DNA of 47,846 nucleotides from Chromera velia. Taxonomy: Eukaryota. The notes beneath the pieces are model-generated. The model saw only the letters and a list, made by a program, of their open reading frames with translations. It had not been told where the DNA came from and did no database searches. A program made the translations under genes and the position numbers. Position 1 is the first letter of the stretch; each line of letters starts with the position of its first letter. Below are positions 35,155 through 46,109 of this stretch, piece by piece. Location: contig JAHBMJ010000447.1 of assembly GCA_018398765.1 (NCBI GenBank), forward strand, positions 1-47,846. Direction: 5' to 3'.

Positions 35155-38100
35155 CTTTGACCTCCTCCCCAGTGAGCCCTCAGGATAAGAAAGACCGGGT
35201 GAAAGCCTTGGCCACAGCCTGGTATCGGGTTTTGGTTGGGCCAGTGAAGGAAGTAATAGCGAAAACGACAGAGAAGCAACAGCCTCCTACCTTCAAAACG
35301 TTGTTTAGAGAGAAGGAAGGGTGGTGGGATGAGGAATGTAAAGAGCTGCAGGAATACCTGAAGAAAGTAAGGAAAGAAGTTGAGGACTGTGCAAGTGGGG
35401 TGGAGAGAGAGTTAAAGCAGGAAAGGGTGGAAGACATCTTAAAGAAAAGGAGAGAGATCTTCCGGCAGAAAAGGAAGAGATTTGAGAGAGCGGAAACTGA
35501 AAAAGCGAAGACACATTTACTTAATGACCCCCTATTCCTTCGGAAAGAAAGGAGAAAGTTATCGAAAGACGGTCTGAGACCAGGGGCAAGAGACTTCTCA
35601 AACCATTGCGCACGGGTTTTTGAGGAGGGCGAAGAATTGCCAGAGCCTGATCCGGAGCCGGAGCCCCCGAAGCAATTCATTTTCTCGTATAAGCAGGTGA
35701 CTGATCGTCTGAAAGGAATGGATACTAGAAAGAAAGCGGCAGGGCTCGATGGCATCTCTCCTCAACAACTCGACCTTTGCTTTTGTCACTCTCCCATCTC
35801 TCGCTTCCTTTTGTTTGTTTTCTTTAATTTAATGCATGCATATGCGTGTTGGCCTGATAACTGGAATTTGTTGAGAATCGTACCTATCCCGAAAGGTCCC
35901 CCTTCGCCACAGCCGAATGACTGGCGTCTAGTCCATGTCGTTCACCCCCTTGCAAAGCTTTTTGGTCTCCTTATGGATGATAGAATCCGTCAGCAAGCTC
36001 GTTTTGACGATAGACAGATCGGGTTTAGGAAAGGAATGGGCATAAGAGAGGGGATCGGAGCAGTGGTAGGCTTGGTACAAGAATGCAGAAGAGGCAAGAA
36101 GGGGCTCCTGGGCGGATTTGTCGACTTCTCAAAGGCGTTTGACTCTATCCCTTGGTTGAAGCTTCTGGCAAAGCTGCAGGCTGAGGGAATAGAGAAAAGA
36201 GATCTATTGATGATTGCATCAATGTATAGAGGCGTGAAAGCGAGAGTCGATGGGGACTCGGCTCTATTCCCGGAGGGGGCAGGGGTTAAGCAAGGTAATG
36301 CGTTATCCCCGTCGCTTTTTCTATGATTCATTAATGACCTACATGATGAGATTCAGAAAAGAAAACGCGGAGATGGAAAGGAAACGGAGGGGGTTCACCT
36401 TGCTGGGGTCAGTTTGGGAAGTATAGGCTACGCTGATGATCTTGTCTTGTTTGCACACTCAGCAGCCGACCTCCAAGCAAAATTCGATGCCCTGGAGGGG
36501 TATTGCAGAAAGTGGGGGTTGAATGTCAATCTGAAGAAAACTAAGGTCCTGCGCCTTTGTGAATACCGCGAGGACTGTAACGGCATGATTTTGTACCAAG
36601 GGAAGGAAGTAGACTGGTGTAATCAGTACAAATATTTGGGTTGCCTTCTGTTTGAGGGAGGGGATTTGACTCGGTCGATTGAAGCACGCCTACGCAGTGC
36701 AGAGCGTGCAATGGGGGCGGTGATTGGTCTGGCTGCAAGTCTGTCTGGGTTGCCTCTCGGGGGAAAGATGCAGCTGCTGAAGGCGTGCTGGGAGCCGGTG
36801 GCACTCTATAGCCTGGAGTGCTTTCCGATAAGACAGGGAGACTGGGAGGCGATTGACAACTTGCGGCTCCGGTTTGTTCGATGGGCGGCCCGACTTCCGG
36901 TCAGGAGTTTGCGTGTACCCTCTCTTTTGTCTGTTAATTTAATGTCTGCTCGCGCGCTCTTGTGTGCTCGTTTTGCTTCATTCTGGATTGCACTTAGCCG
37001 TTCGCATCTCCGTATTCCTCAGGCTCTTTTGAATTCATGGAAGGGACCAGCGGGGCAGAAGCAAAGACGAGCCGTCAATGGTCTGTTCAGATGGGCAGGC
37101 CTTGACTTTTTGACGTCTCTCCCTGTCCGGAGCTCAGAAAGACGGGCCCCGAAGGGGAATTTGTTTGTTTCTGCCAAAATTAAGGATGCCTGGGGAATGG
37201 AATGCATGAAAAGGGGAGACAGGGAAGAAAGGGGCAACTTCCCCCTGTCTGCCTCTTTATCAGGACTACAGAGAGCTCTTCCGTCTTCTTTACGTTCTTC
37301 TCTATTTCTTTTGTCTTCAAAGAATGGCCCCAAGGTACGGATGTCCTGTCTGCCGAGAAGTGCCTTATGTGAGAAGATTGAGCCACTCCTAAGGGCATTG
37401 ACACTAAATCGGAAGGGTCTGACGGGGGGGGCCAACTCTCCGGGAGAGGTGTTTTGTCTGGCAGAGGGTTGTTCAAATGGAAGAAAAATTGATGATCTCT
37501 GGCACCGGCTTTCAGTATGCTCCAATTGGGTAGAAGCAAGAAATAAACTAAACAAAGTGGTAGAGGGAAAGAAAGTGAAGCAAAGGATTCAGAGAGAAGG
37601 AATTGAGGGATCGGATNTTTTGCTTCATTCTGGATTGCACTTAGCCGTTCGCATCTCCGTATTCCTCAGGCTCTTTTGAATTCATGGAAGGGACCAGCGG
37701 GGCAGAAGCAAAGACGAGCCGTCAATGGTCTGTTCAGATGGGCAGGCCTTGACTTTTTGACGTCTCTCCCTGTCCGGAGCTCAGAAAGACGGGCCCCGAA
37801 GGGGAATTTGTTTGTTTCTGCCAAAATTAAGGATGCCTGGGGAATGGAATGCATGAAAAGGGGAGACAGGGAAGAAAGGGGCAACTTCCCCCTGTCTGCC
37901 TCTTTATTAGGACTACAGAGAGCTCTTCCGTCTTCTTTACGTTCTTCTCTATTTCTTTTGTCTTCAAAGAATGGCCCCAAGGTACGGATGTCCTGTCTGC
38001 CGAGAAGTGCCTTATGTGAGAAGATTGAGCCACTCCTAAGGACATTGACACTAAATCGGAAGGGTCTAACGGGGGGGGCCAACTCTCCGGGAGAGGTGTT

Positions 38101-38584
38101 TTGTCTGGCAGAGGGTTGTTCAAATGGAAGAAAAATTGATGATCTCTGGCACCGGCTTTCAGTATGCTCCAATTGGGTAGAAGCAAGAAATAAACTAAAC
38201 AAAGTGGTAGAGGGAAAGAAAGTGAAGCAAAGGATTCAGAGAGAAGGAATTGAAGGATCGGATACAGCCGAAACAGAAGCGAGGAAGATGCTGCTTTTGG
38301 CTTTACAAGTCGATCCGTATGAAGTATGCAGAGCCGTTTGCGATCTTTGTCACTCACTGTGCACGCCTGTCTCTGTGTGAACACGACCTTTTCTTCTTAT
38401 GTTCAAGTCTTATATTGCCACCTACAACGTGCATGCTGCTCGTGAGCTCACCAAGCGAGCACTTCAGGGGATCTCGCGCTTAGCCTTATCTCTAGAGTTG
38501 AGTGATTGACGATCTCTTGCATGAACATGGGCTACTGAGAGCACGGCTCCACTCTAGCAAAGCCAACTTCATTCATTCATTCAT
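35155..38584 (+). mobile_element. 5'-truncated non-LTR retrotransposon (LINE), family A: reverse transcriptase plus C-terminal CCHC-like motif, (TTCA)n tail
   Basis: RT motifs KAAGLDGI, QIGFRKG, DFSKAFDSI, GVKQGNALSPSLF, YADDL, NLKKTK and YKYLG; C-terminal CLAEGC..DDLWHRLSVC. There is one in-frame TGA at 36324-36326, the stop is at 38378-38380, and (TTCA)4 lies at 38568-38583. No endonuclease domain is visible, and the element begins right after (TA)n at 35137-35154. Confidence 0.92.
36971..38263 (+). repeat. 646-bp tandem duplication within LINE A, joined at a single N
   Basis: 36971-37616 is repeated at 37618-38263 with N at 37617. I see 4 substitutions between the copies. Probably a scaffolding overlap. 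Confidence 0.9.
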
Positions 38585-38592
38585 ATATTGAG

Positions 38593-38625
38593 TGATTGAT
38601 TGATTGATGCCAAACCCTAGGTGGA
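38593..38625 (-). mobile_element. Extremely 5'-truncated, inverted copy of the LINE family B 3' end
   Basis: The reverse complement TCCACCTAGGGTTTGGCATCAATCAATCAATCA matches 40963-40989 exactly for 27 bp, including the start of the (ATCA)n tail. Confidence 0.75.
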
Positions 38626-38626
38626 G

Positions 38627-38646
38627 TATATGTATATGTGTGTGTG

Positions 38647-38694
<48 letters not shown>
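38627..38694. repeat. (TA)n/(TG)n microsatellite between retroelement 5' ends
   Basis: Directly visible. Confidence 0.95.
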
Positions 38695-38695
<1 letters not shown>

Positions 38696-41003
38696 CCTAG
38701 AAACGTTATAGAGCCATAGTATTCCATCAAATCTCCTCTACTCTAAAGAAAATGAATAGAAAGAAAGCCTCCGGCCTTGAAGGAATCTCCCCCACTCAGC
38801 TTGACTTTTATTTTGCGCACTCGGCGCTCTCTCATTTTTTACTTTTTGTTTTGTTTAATTGTATGCATATCTTTGCTTGCTCGCCTCCCTCCTGGAATGT
38901 GCTGCGTATCTGTCTTGTCCCTAAAAGCCCTGCCTCTCCTTCTCCCAATGAATGGAGACCTATTCACATGTCAACCCTTTTGCAAAACTTTTTGGTTTGC
39001 TGATGGACGGCCGTGTGCGCTCTCAAGTTGAGCTTGACGTCAGGCAGTTAGGTTTCAGACAAGGGGTGGGAACGAGGGAAGGAGTAGGCGCGTTTGTCTC
39101 TGCCATTCTCTCCTCTAAAAAGAAAAAGAAAGCTCTGCTGGCAGGCTTTGTTAATTTTTCCAAAGCCTTCAACACTGTGCCGAGAGGTAAGCTAATTTAG
39201 AAACTGAGAAGAGAAGGTGTGTATGAAGCAGATGTGTACATGATCTGTGAAATGTATAGGGAGGTCTGGGGAAAGGTAGACGGGGACTCTTTGAGTTTTC
39301 AGGAGGGCGCTGGGGTAAAGTAAGGTGATGTTCTCTCTCCCATTCTCTTTCTTATCTATATCAATGATCTTCTCCGTGTGTGTTCAATTAGTAAGAATGA
39401 GGGGGCCGTAGACAGAGAAGCAGAAGGAGCAGGATGGTCAGACAGTGGAATGGGGGAGGGCAGCGATGAGGAGCCCGAGAGAGAGCCCGAACCTGTCCTC
39501 TTTGACAACTGCATCTTAAGCAGTCTGGGGTATGCGGATGATCTCTGTTTCCTTGCTCATTCCGTCTCGGATCTGCAAAAGAAGTTCTCAGCCTTGGAAA
39601 GGTATTACAAGGAATGAGGATTGACTGTAAACTTAAAAAAAACGAAAATCTTGCGTCTGTCTGCCTTGGTTCTGGGGCAGTCTACAGGTACAGTCGTGTA
39701 TGGTGGGAGGGAAGTTGAATGGACATCTGAATACAAATATCTGAGGTATGTTTTCTTTGAAGGGGGGTGCTTGAACAAGACAATTGAGTCCCGTATTGCT
39801 TCTGCTTTGCAGGCTCTCGGAGGGGTAATTGGGTTGATTGTAAGCATGGGCCCGCTCAGCATTGATGCGCAGGTAATAGTCTTTAGAGCCTGCTGGACCT
39901 CTGTAGCGCTCTACTACCTTGAATATCTGCCAGTGCAAGATACAGACCTGCTTGCTTTTGATGCTTTGCAGCTTCGGTTTGCCCGTTGGTGTGGTCATTT
40001 GTTTGCTCGCAGCCTCCGCCTGCCCTCTCTTTGCATCCTTAGTTTTCTTCCTTGCAAAGCTTTTCTCTGCTCCCGCATGGCTGACTGGTGGCACTCTCTT
40101 TTCATCACAACACACACCATTCTTGCAGTCATGTTGCATGCCTGGAAGAATAACTGCTGCCAACAATTCATAATTAAGGTCTATAGACAGGCTGCTTCAT
40201 TGGGCTGATTTGATTTTTGTTCGCTCGCTGAGGGTCGAGCCCGATCTGTCTTCACAACACGGGCAGAATGGTCGTAGGGCATAAGGCACTGGCTCACTTT
40301 TCTTCAAGGGCAAGGTGAGACAGACAGTTACAAAGGAATGCATGAAGGCTTCTGAGGATGATGGGCAATCTTCCTTTCACTTTCCCCTCCTTGCTAGACT
40401 CACCCCTCTGCAGTGCGACTTCCCGTCTTCCCACCGTATGTTTATCTTTTTCCTGTACAGCAAGTCGTCCTCCAGTGTTCCTTCCATCTCTACCTTTCCC
40501 CGTTTTGCCCTGTCAGTTACGGATGGTTCGATCTTTTCTTTTTTGCGCATGCTGACATATAACCCGATGGGCGGGCAAGGTGGACTGCCGGTTGATTGCT
40601 CTGATAGAAAGCTGTGCACCTATAAAGCCTTCTGCCGGTGTATAGATGATTTTATTCATCGGCTCTCTGTCTGCCTCCGATAGACTGCCGAACAAGGCTT
40701 TTTATAGTAGTTGGCATTAATTCAATCAGACCGCTTCACTCGTTATGACTCACCCTTTGTATCTGCCTCCTTTTCTGATCTGGGGGTTCGCAAGTTCATC
40801 ATATCGCTCTTGCGCTCTCAACCCTCTCTCCTCTTTATAATTTCTCATCATATTGTAGTAAATGATTGATTAGATTAAATTTAAATAACTGTCGTCCACT
40901 TAGCTTGCAGCTGGCACAATTGAACAGACTCATGCATGTATACGCCGCCCGGGAGTTCTAATTCCACCTAGGGTTTGGCATCAATCAATTAATCAATCAA
41001 TCA
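38695..41003 (+). mobile_element. Degenerate 5'-truncated non-LTR retrotransposon, family B (related to family A), (ATCA)n tail
   Basis: Colinear with family A: KKASGLEGI, QLGFRQG, NFSKAFNTV, GVK*GDVLSPILF, YADDL, NLKKTK, YKYLR, CIDDFIHRLSVC. It has several stops and a frameshift near 38965. The tail ATCAATCAATTAATCAATCAATCA lies at 40980-41003. Confidence 0.9.
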
Positions 41004-41130
41004 GAGCTTACACAGTGATCAATACCACAGTGACACTGTACTGTAGTAGTCTGCTTGTATTTTGTAGATCGAAACTAACCAACAACTAGACTAACAAGTT
41101 GCTTATATATACCCTATCGCATTTAGGAGT

Positions 41131-42260
41131 AATTGGCAGAATTGAAATGTCCAATTGGGAATTTGGAATCCCAACTAGAATCCCAATTTCCCAATTCGGA
41201 CCAATTTGGAAATCTTTTTTTCTTAATTGGTCAAAAACTTAGTGTACAAAGCTGTATTTTTGCTACCCCCCTGACACTCAAAAATCCACTCTTGAAAGGC
41301 CGCGCCGCAGGCGCGGCCTATGTCTTGAAAAGCTGCACCACAGGCGCGGCCTATATCTTGAAAAGCTGTGCCGCAAGCAGAGCCTATGTCTTAAAAAGCT
41401 ATACCGCAAGGAGAGCCTATGTCTTAAAAAGCTATACGCCGCAAGCAGAGCGTATATCTTGAAAAACTATGCCGCAAGACGAGTTCATCCAACACTGGTG
41501 TGAAGTCAGGCCTCGGAACAAGAAGGGACAGGACCCTCTTTCTCTAAGTACCTGCTCTGTCTGCCCCTTCCATCATTAAATGATAAAACCCAAGGCAACG
41601 CAGCTTTCTCTTCACTGTCCCAACCCACCTTTCAACATCTGTGTGTGTGTATGAAAGATTGGTGGGGATAATTGCAACGAAGCGCATGTGCGAAACAAAC
41701 TCTGACACAAGAGGACACAAGACAAGATAGAGAACAGAGGTAGCAAGACCGTACTTTTTGCACAAATTGAAGACGTCTTCGAGAAGATCAAAGGTGTTTT
41801 CATCGGGCCTGATGAGCCCTCAGAAAAACTGTGTGTTACACCACGCCTGCATGCAGAAAGGCATGCCGGGGCCGTGGTTTCGGATCCGGGGCCGCGCGGT
41901 ACTCTGTAAACGTAGCGCGACAGTGGGGCGCATACGCATACAGTAGAATAAATTTTGGCGGCACGAAATAGTACAAAACGGTGCCGCCGCTCAAAAATCC
42001 TAACTTAAAATTAAATGCTGCTGAAAAATCCAATCTTGAAAAATGTTTTCAAGAACAGCTTAGAGTGTCGGGGGGGTAATTTTTGTATACATACATTTTA
42101 GAACTCAAAGATTTCACACCTGAAGACCATTTAGCTTTATATAAACATTTAACCTAAAAAAAAAATATAATTGGAAATTTGGATTTCCAATTGGAAATCA
42201 TATACGTTTTAAATTGGAAAATAGATTGGATTCTAATTGAAAATCACAATTTCCAATTGT
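41131..42260. mobile_element. Foldback/MITE-like element with nested inverted repeats
   Basis: The inner inverted repeat TACCCCCCTGACACTC (41264-41279) matches the reverse complement of GAGTGTCGGGGGGGTA (42063-42078) at 15/16. The outer degenerate CCAATTGG-rich arms (41131-41215 and 42169-42260) align in inverted orientation. Confidence 0.6.
41291..41480. repeat. 33-bp minisatellite, about 6 diverged copies
   Basis: The unit CTTGAAAAGCTGTGCCGCAAGCAGAGCCTATGT repeats from 41291; one unit is 35 bp. Confidence 0.9.
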
Positions 42261-42779
42261 TTTTTGCTTTCTTGCTTTTCTTTTTTTCTTTCTTTCTTTG
42301 TTTATTTCTTTGTTTCTTTCATTCATTCATTCATTCTTTTTCTCTCTCTTTCTCTTTCTCTCTGTCTTTTTGAAATTGCTCCCCTCTCCAAGCTCTAACT
42401 CCGTATCCCCCCTTCCCACCTTCAGCGCCACGTCACTCTGCCAGAAAACAATCAGAAGAGCTAATAATATCCATCAACTTTGAAAAGAAAAAACCTTTGG
42501 TGACAACAAGCGTGACATTTTCACACCAGAAAAGAGCTTGGGAATGAATGAGACAGAAAATGAAAAAAAGAAATTGAAAATCAAAGCCCGGGCCTCTCTC
42601 TAAAAAGTGTTGCTCAAATTCGTAAAATTGTTGGAGCTCAGAGGCATCAGAGTCACCAATTCACCGGACGCACTCATTTCTTTAAACTCGTTCCACTCAA
42701 AAAGAGGAATGAAGAACCAGGCAAGACCATATAGATAGATCGAAACACTCAGCGCAAAAAGGCCACAGTGCGGGTTTAC

Positions 42780-44440
42780 TGTGCGTCGATCGTGCTTTTT
42801 CTGAAGAAACTCGACAACAGGCGGAATTCCCTCTCGGTATGAGCAGAACTGCTACGCCGTCTACAATGGAGTGCGATTCTGCTTGTCTAAATAGTAGCTA
42901 GCCATGCTAGCAAGACAAGAAGGGTCGGTGTGAAGGAGTAGGCAGACGACTTCTAGTTGTCTCTGTCTGTAATTTTCTGGGGGTTCTTTGGGTTTTTGAC
43001 AAGCCCAATGGAGGGAAGTCACTTTGTCGTGATCTTTCCTTCCCATATCTGCTCTCAGATCGATCAGGTACTCAACCAGTTCTAACGATCCGTACTGAGC
43101 TGCTCTATGGAGAGCTGACCGCCTTTTCGAGTCCAACGCCTCAATATCTGCTCCCCACCTAACAAGCACTTCAGCAATCGCTTGGTCCTCAGGACCGTTA
43201 CTGGGTGCGGGTGCTCCATCAAAGCCACAGCCCCCATGACCTATTTGGTGGAGAGGGGTGAGTCTTTCGGTATGGTTATTCCGACTTGTCTCGTTCACGT
43301 TGGTACCGATGGAAAACAAAAGTTTGACGACTTCCCGCTGGAGCCTCCTGACTGCGTAGGTGAGTGCGGACTTTTCTGTCTCGTCTACAGCCTCTCTATC
43401 AACACTCCGATCAAGCAAAAGGCGAGCAAGACCCACAGGGCCCCGGAAAGCCGCTTTATACAGCAACGCAACACTTCTCTCACCGACATGATAAACGTTC
43501 GCCCCCTCTCCCACCAACCATATCGCAGCCTTTACCCACCCAGGACCCGGAACAGCGCTGCAGAGGAACTCAAGGGAACCCCCCTCCCAATTTTCTGCTC
43601 AGAGTCTGCCAGGAGGTGCTGACAGCCTCAGCGCATCATCGCTCTCATGCAGTGGCCGGGAGACTTTGAGGAGGTATCTGAGGATCCTCCACCTTTGCCT
43701 ACTAACTGCCCTCTCGAAAACCCGCGGTCCGATCTTCCCGCCTACACGAACCAACACCTTCACTGCTTCCAAATTACCTGTGGAGACAGCCGTCTCCACT
43801 AAGCTCTCCGTCTGGGAAGAAGCTGTGGCGTTCTCACGATTAGAAGCGATGGTCTCTACAACAACGCCGTCTTCTAAGAGCATTCTCATTACTCTCACAT
43901 TCCCTTACGACACAGCTTTTAATAGAACTCTCCTGCCGAGCGTCCTCCCTCCCCGCATACCCTCAATATCCGCCCCGACATACAGCAGGAGACGGAAATC
44001 TCTCCCTACGCCCATCTGAGTGAAACTGTCCAGAACTTCTTCAACAGCGCTCGGTTCAACGGTCCAAAATTTGGCGATCTCTTGCGCAATGTTCGTGTGC
44101 TTATCAAAAAAAGAGGATAGATCCATTTTGTAGTTCCTGCTGGTAACCTGGACCAGCTTTGTATAAACAAATGACTTGAATTCTTTCAACAGCTCCATCA
44201 GACGTGCAAAAGCAGCACGATCTTGAGGAGACGGCCAACATGATGAAGTCCTTAACCACCGTTGCCGTCTCTTGCTTCCCGCGCCAAGGAAGCCTTGAGC
44301 ACTTCGGCCAGAGTGTGCCTCCTCGACTCGAGGGTCTTTGTAAAGTTATACAAAGTACTTTCCACTTCTTCAAGACCATTCAGAAAAGAAAGGACTTCAA
44401 AAGATTGGTCTACCAGTGAGCTTATGGTCGGCAACTTGAG
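42780..44440 (-). pseudogene. Intronless ankyrin-repeat protein pseudogene
   Basis: ORFs 43905-44198, 43599-43898 and 42861-43517 are in one frame separated by TAA/TGA/TAG stops, and 44252-44434 is frameshifted. Ankyrin motifs: GNLEAVKVLV, GADIEALDSKRRSALHRAAQYGSLELVEYLIDLRADM, DKVTSLHWAC, DKQNRTPL. Confidence 0.85.
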
Positions 44441-46109
44441 TCAGACCACACCCCTTTCTTGCATGTAAGAAGGAACAAAGCAAACTCTGAAAGTCTCAAC
44501 CAGCAGTCAGAGGGTTGACAACTTTCAGCATCTCTGAGCTGGACCCCACCGTTCATCAAAGCAAACACGTACTGCACTTATAGCTGTGTACGGGCGATTG
44601 CGGGCCCCCTTTAAGCCCCACGGCCCCCGCACCACGGCGTTAAGTTCCTAGCTCCGTTCCACACGCCTCCGTTCCGTACACTCTCCCTACTAAATAACCT
44701 TTGTGCCGCACACGCCAATAAATGTTACTCGACTCTTTGATATGCATCTATATTTTGACTCTATTCTGACAAGTCTTTGAACGTTTCCCGGCGGGGTCTG
44801 ACATACAATTAAGCTTGGAAGCCGCTTCGCAGTACAACGCAAACACTAGCAAATACAAGTAAATTGAACTAAGTAAATTTTGCTGCATAATTATGCATAT
44901 CGTAGTACAATGCGCCATAAAGCGCCATGGGCTACCAACTCCTGGAGAGTTCAGGCCCAAAGACCTAAAATCGGAGAGTGACTTGCAGAGTATATCGTTC
45001 CGGAGAGTTTACGAAGGCCCAAAAGACCAAAAAATGGAGAGTGATCACCATTATCGTTATGTCACGGCCCGATGACCTAAATGTGGAGTGATTGGAGTAT
45101 ATGTCAAAGACACACACCGCGAGTTATTGACCCACGTGAAGTGCTTTTCCACCCCGGCCGCAACATTTACTAGCATTTACCCATAAATGCTGCGAGGTTT
45201 ACAGTCATGTACAATAATTTATATTATATAATTTTATTAATACAACCATTACCATAATCATAATAACATTTTTTTTTGTATATATTTGAAACCTATAAAA
45301 ACCCTATGGAACCCTTATATTCTGTTTACCTATGAATCAATCAATCAATATCAATCAATCAATCGATTCTAAAAATTCTGAAAAAGTCATGTCAATTCTA
45401 GTAGATTCCTAGGTGACAGTCGAATTTTATAATGAATTCAAACATGGTTAATAAATTCAATAATCGTATGTTGCGCCATCAGCAGCAGAGCCAAGTATTA
45501 AAAAAAAACGATAGCCATCCGCGCCAGTCTCATACGCGGTGAGTGGGGAGGACACAGAGGACTCCGAGAGGATATCCGTTGTTGCCGACTCGAAGCAGCT
45601 AGATACAAGAGTTCGCAGGGACATGCAACGAAGTCAGGTAGCACTGTCACACTTCCAAGGAGAAGGAGGGCGTCCTGCGAGAGACGACTGCACATGCTCT
45701 AATGAAAGCAGCAAAGTGTCACCATGCAGCCACGAACCCCTTTCTTGTTCTAAAGAGATCACTCGACGGCTCGTTCAATTAATTAATTGGCGGAGAAGAG
45801 AAGGAAACCACAAACAGGACAGAACAGAACCTAAGGCCTGTCCACTCGCCTGTCAAGACTGCGGGCCTTTATCTCTAAACCTACCATAAAGGGGGAGCTA
45901 GGGCAAACGAGAACATCACTTCTGATGGAAAGGGAGAGAGAGAGAGAGAGCAGCCCTTCCCCGCCCCAGCGGTCCTCCCTCCCAAAAAACCAACAGCTAA
46001 ACAGACAGAGACGACAGAGGGATGCGTGAACGAACGAACTCCCTTCCCCGATGTGCTGAGGCTCGATCGACCCTGAGGGGTCAGGATCCCCCCTCATACT
46101 CTCCCAGGG

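Noticed and set aside
36971..38263. Apparent internal tandem duplication of the LINE A C-terminal region
   Set aside because: The junction is exactly a single N, typical of unmerged overlapping contigs or haplotypes. It is not counted as biology unless long reads confirm it.
38612..38621. Telomere-like AAACCCTAG units (also near 6994-7012, 19156 and 40969)
   Set aside because: Only one or two imperfect units each, with no array.
41010..41032. Two further CACAGTG heptamers after the LINE B tail
   Set aside because: Same orientation, with no A-tract or inverted partner found. Could be chance.
41291..41480. 33-bp periodic array as a possible CRISPR
   Set aside because: The units are contiguous diverged tandem copies without unique spacers, there are no cas genes, and the context is eukaryotic.
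36324..43907. In-frame stops in the LINEs and the ankyrin gene as evidence for an alternative genetic code
   Set aside because: All three stop types occur together with frameshifts, and SF3B1 and UPF2 translate fully with the standard code and end in TGA and TAG.
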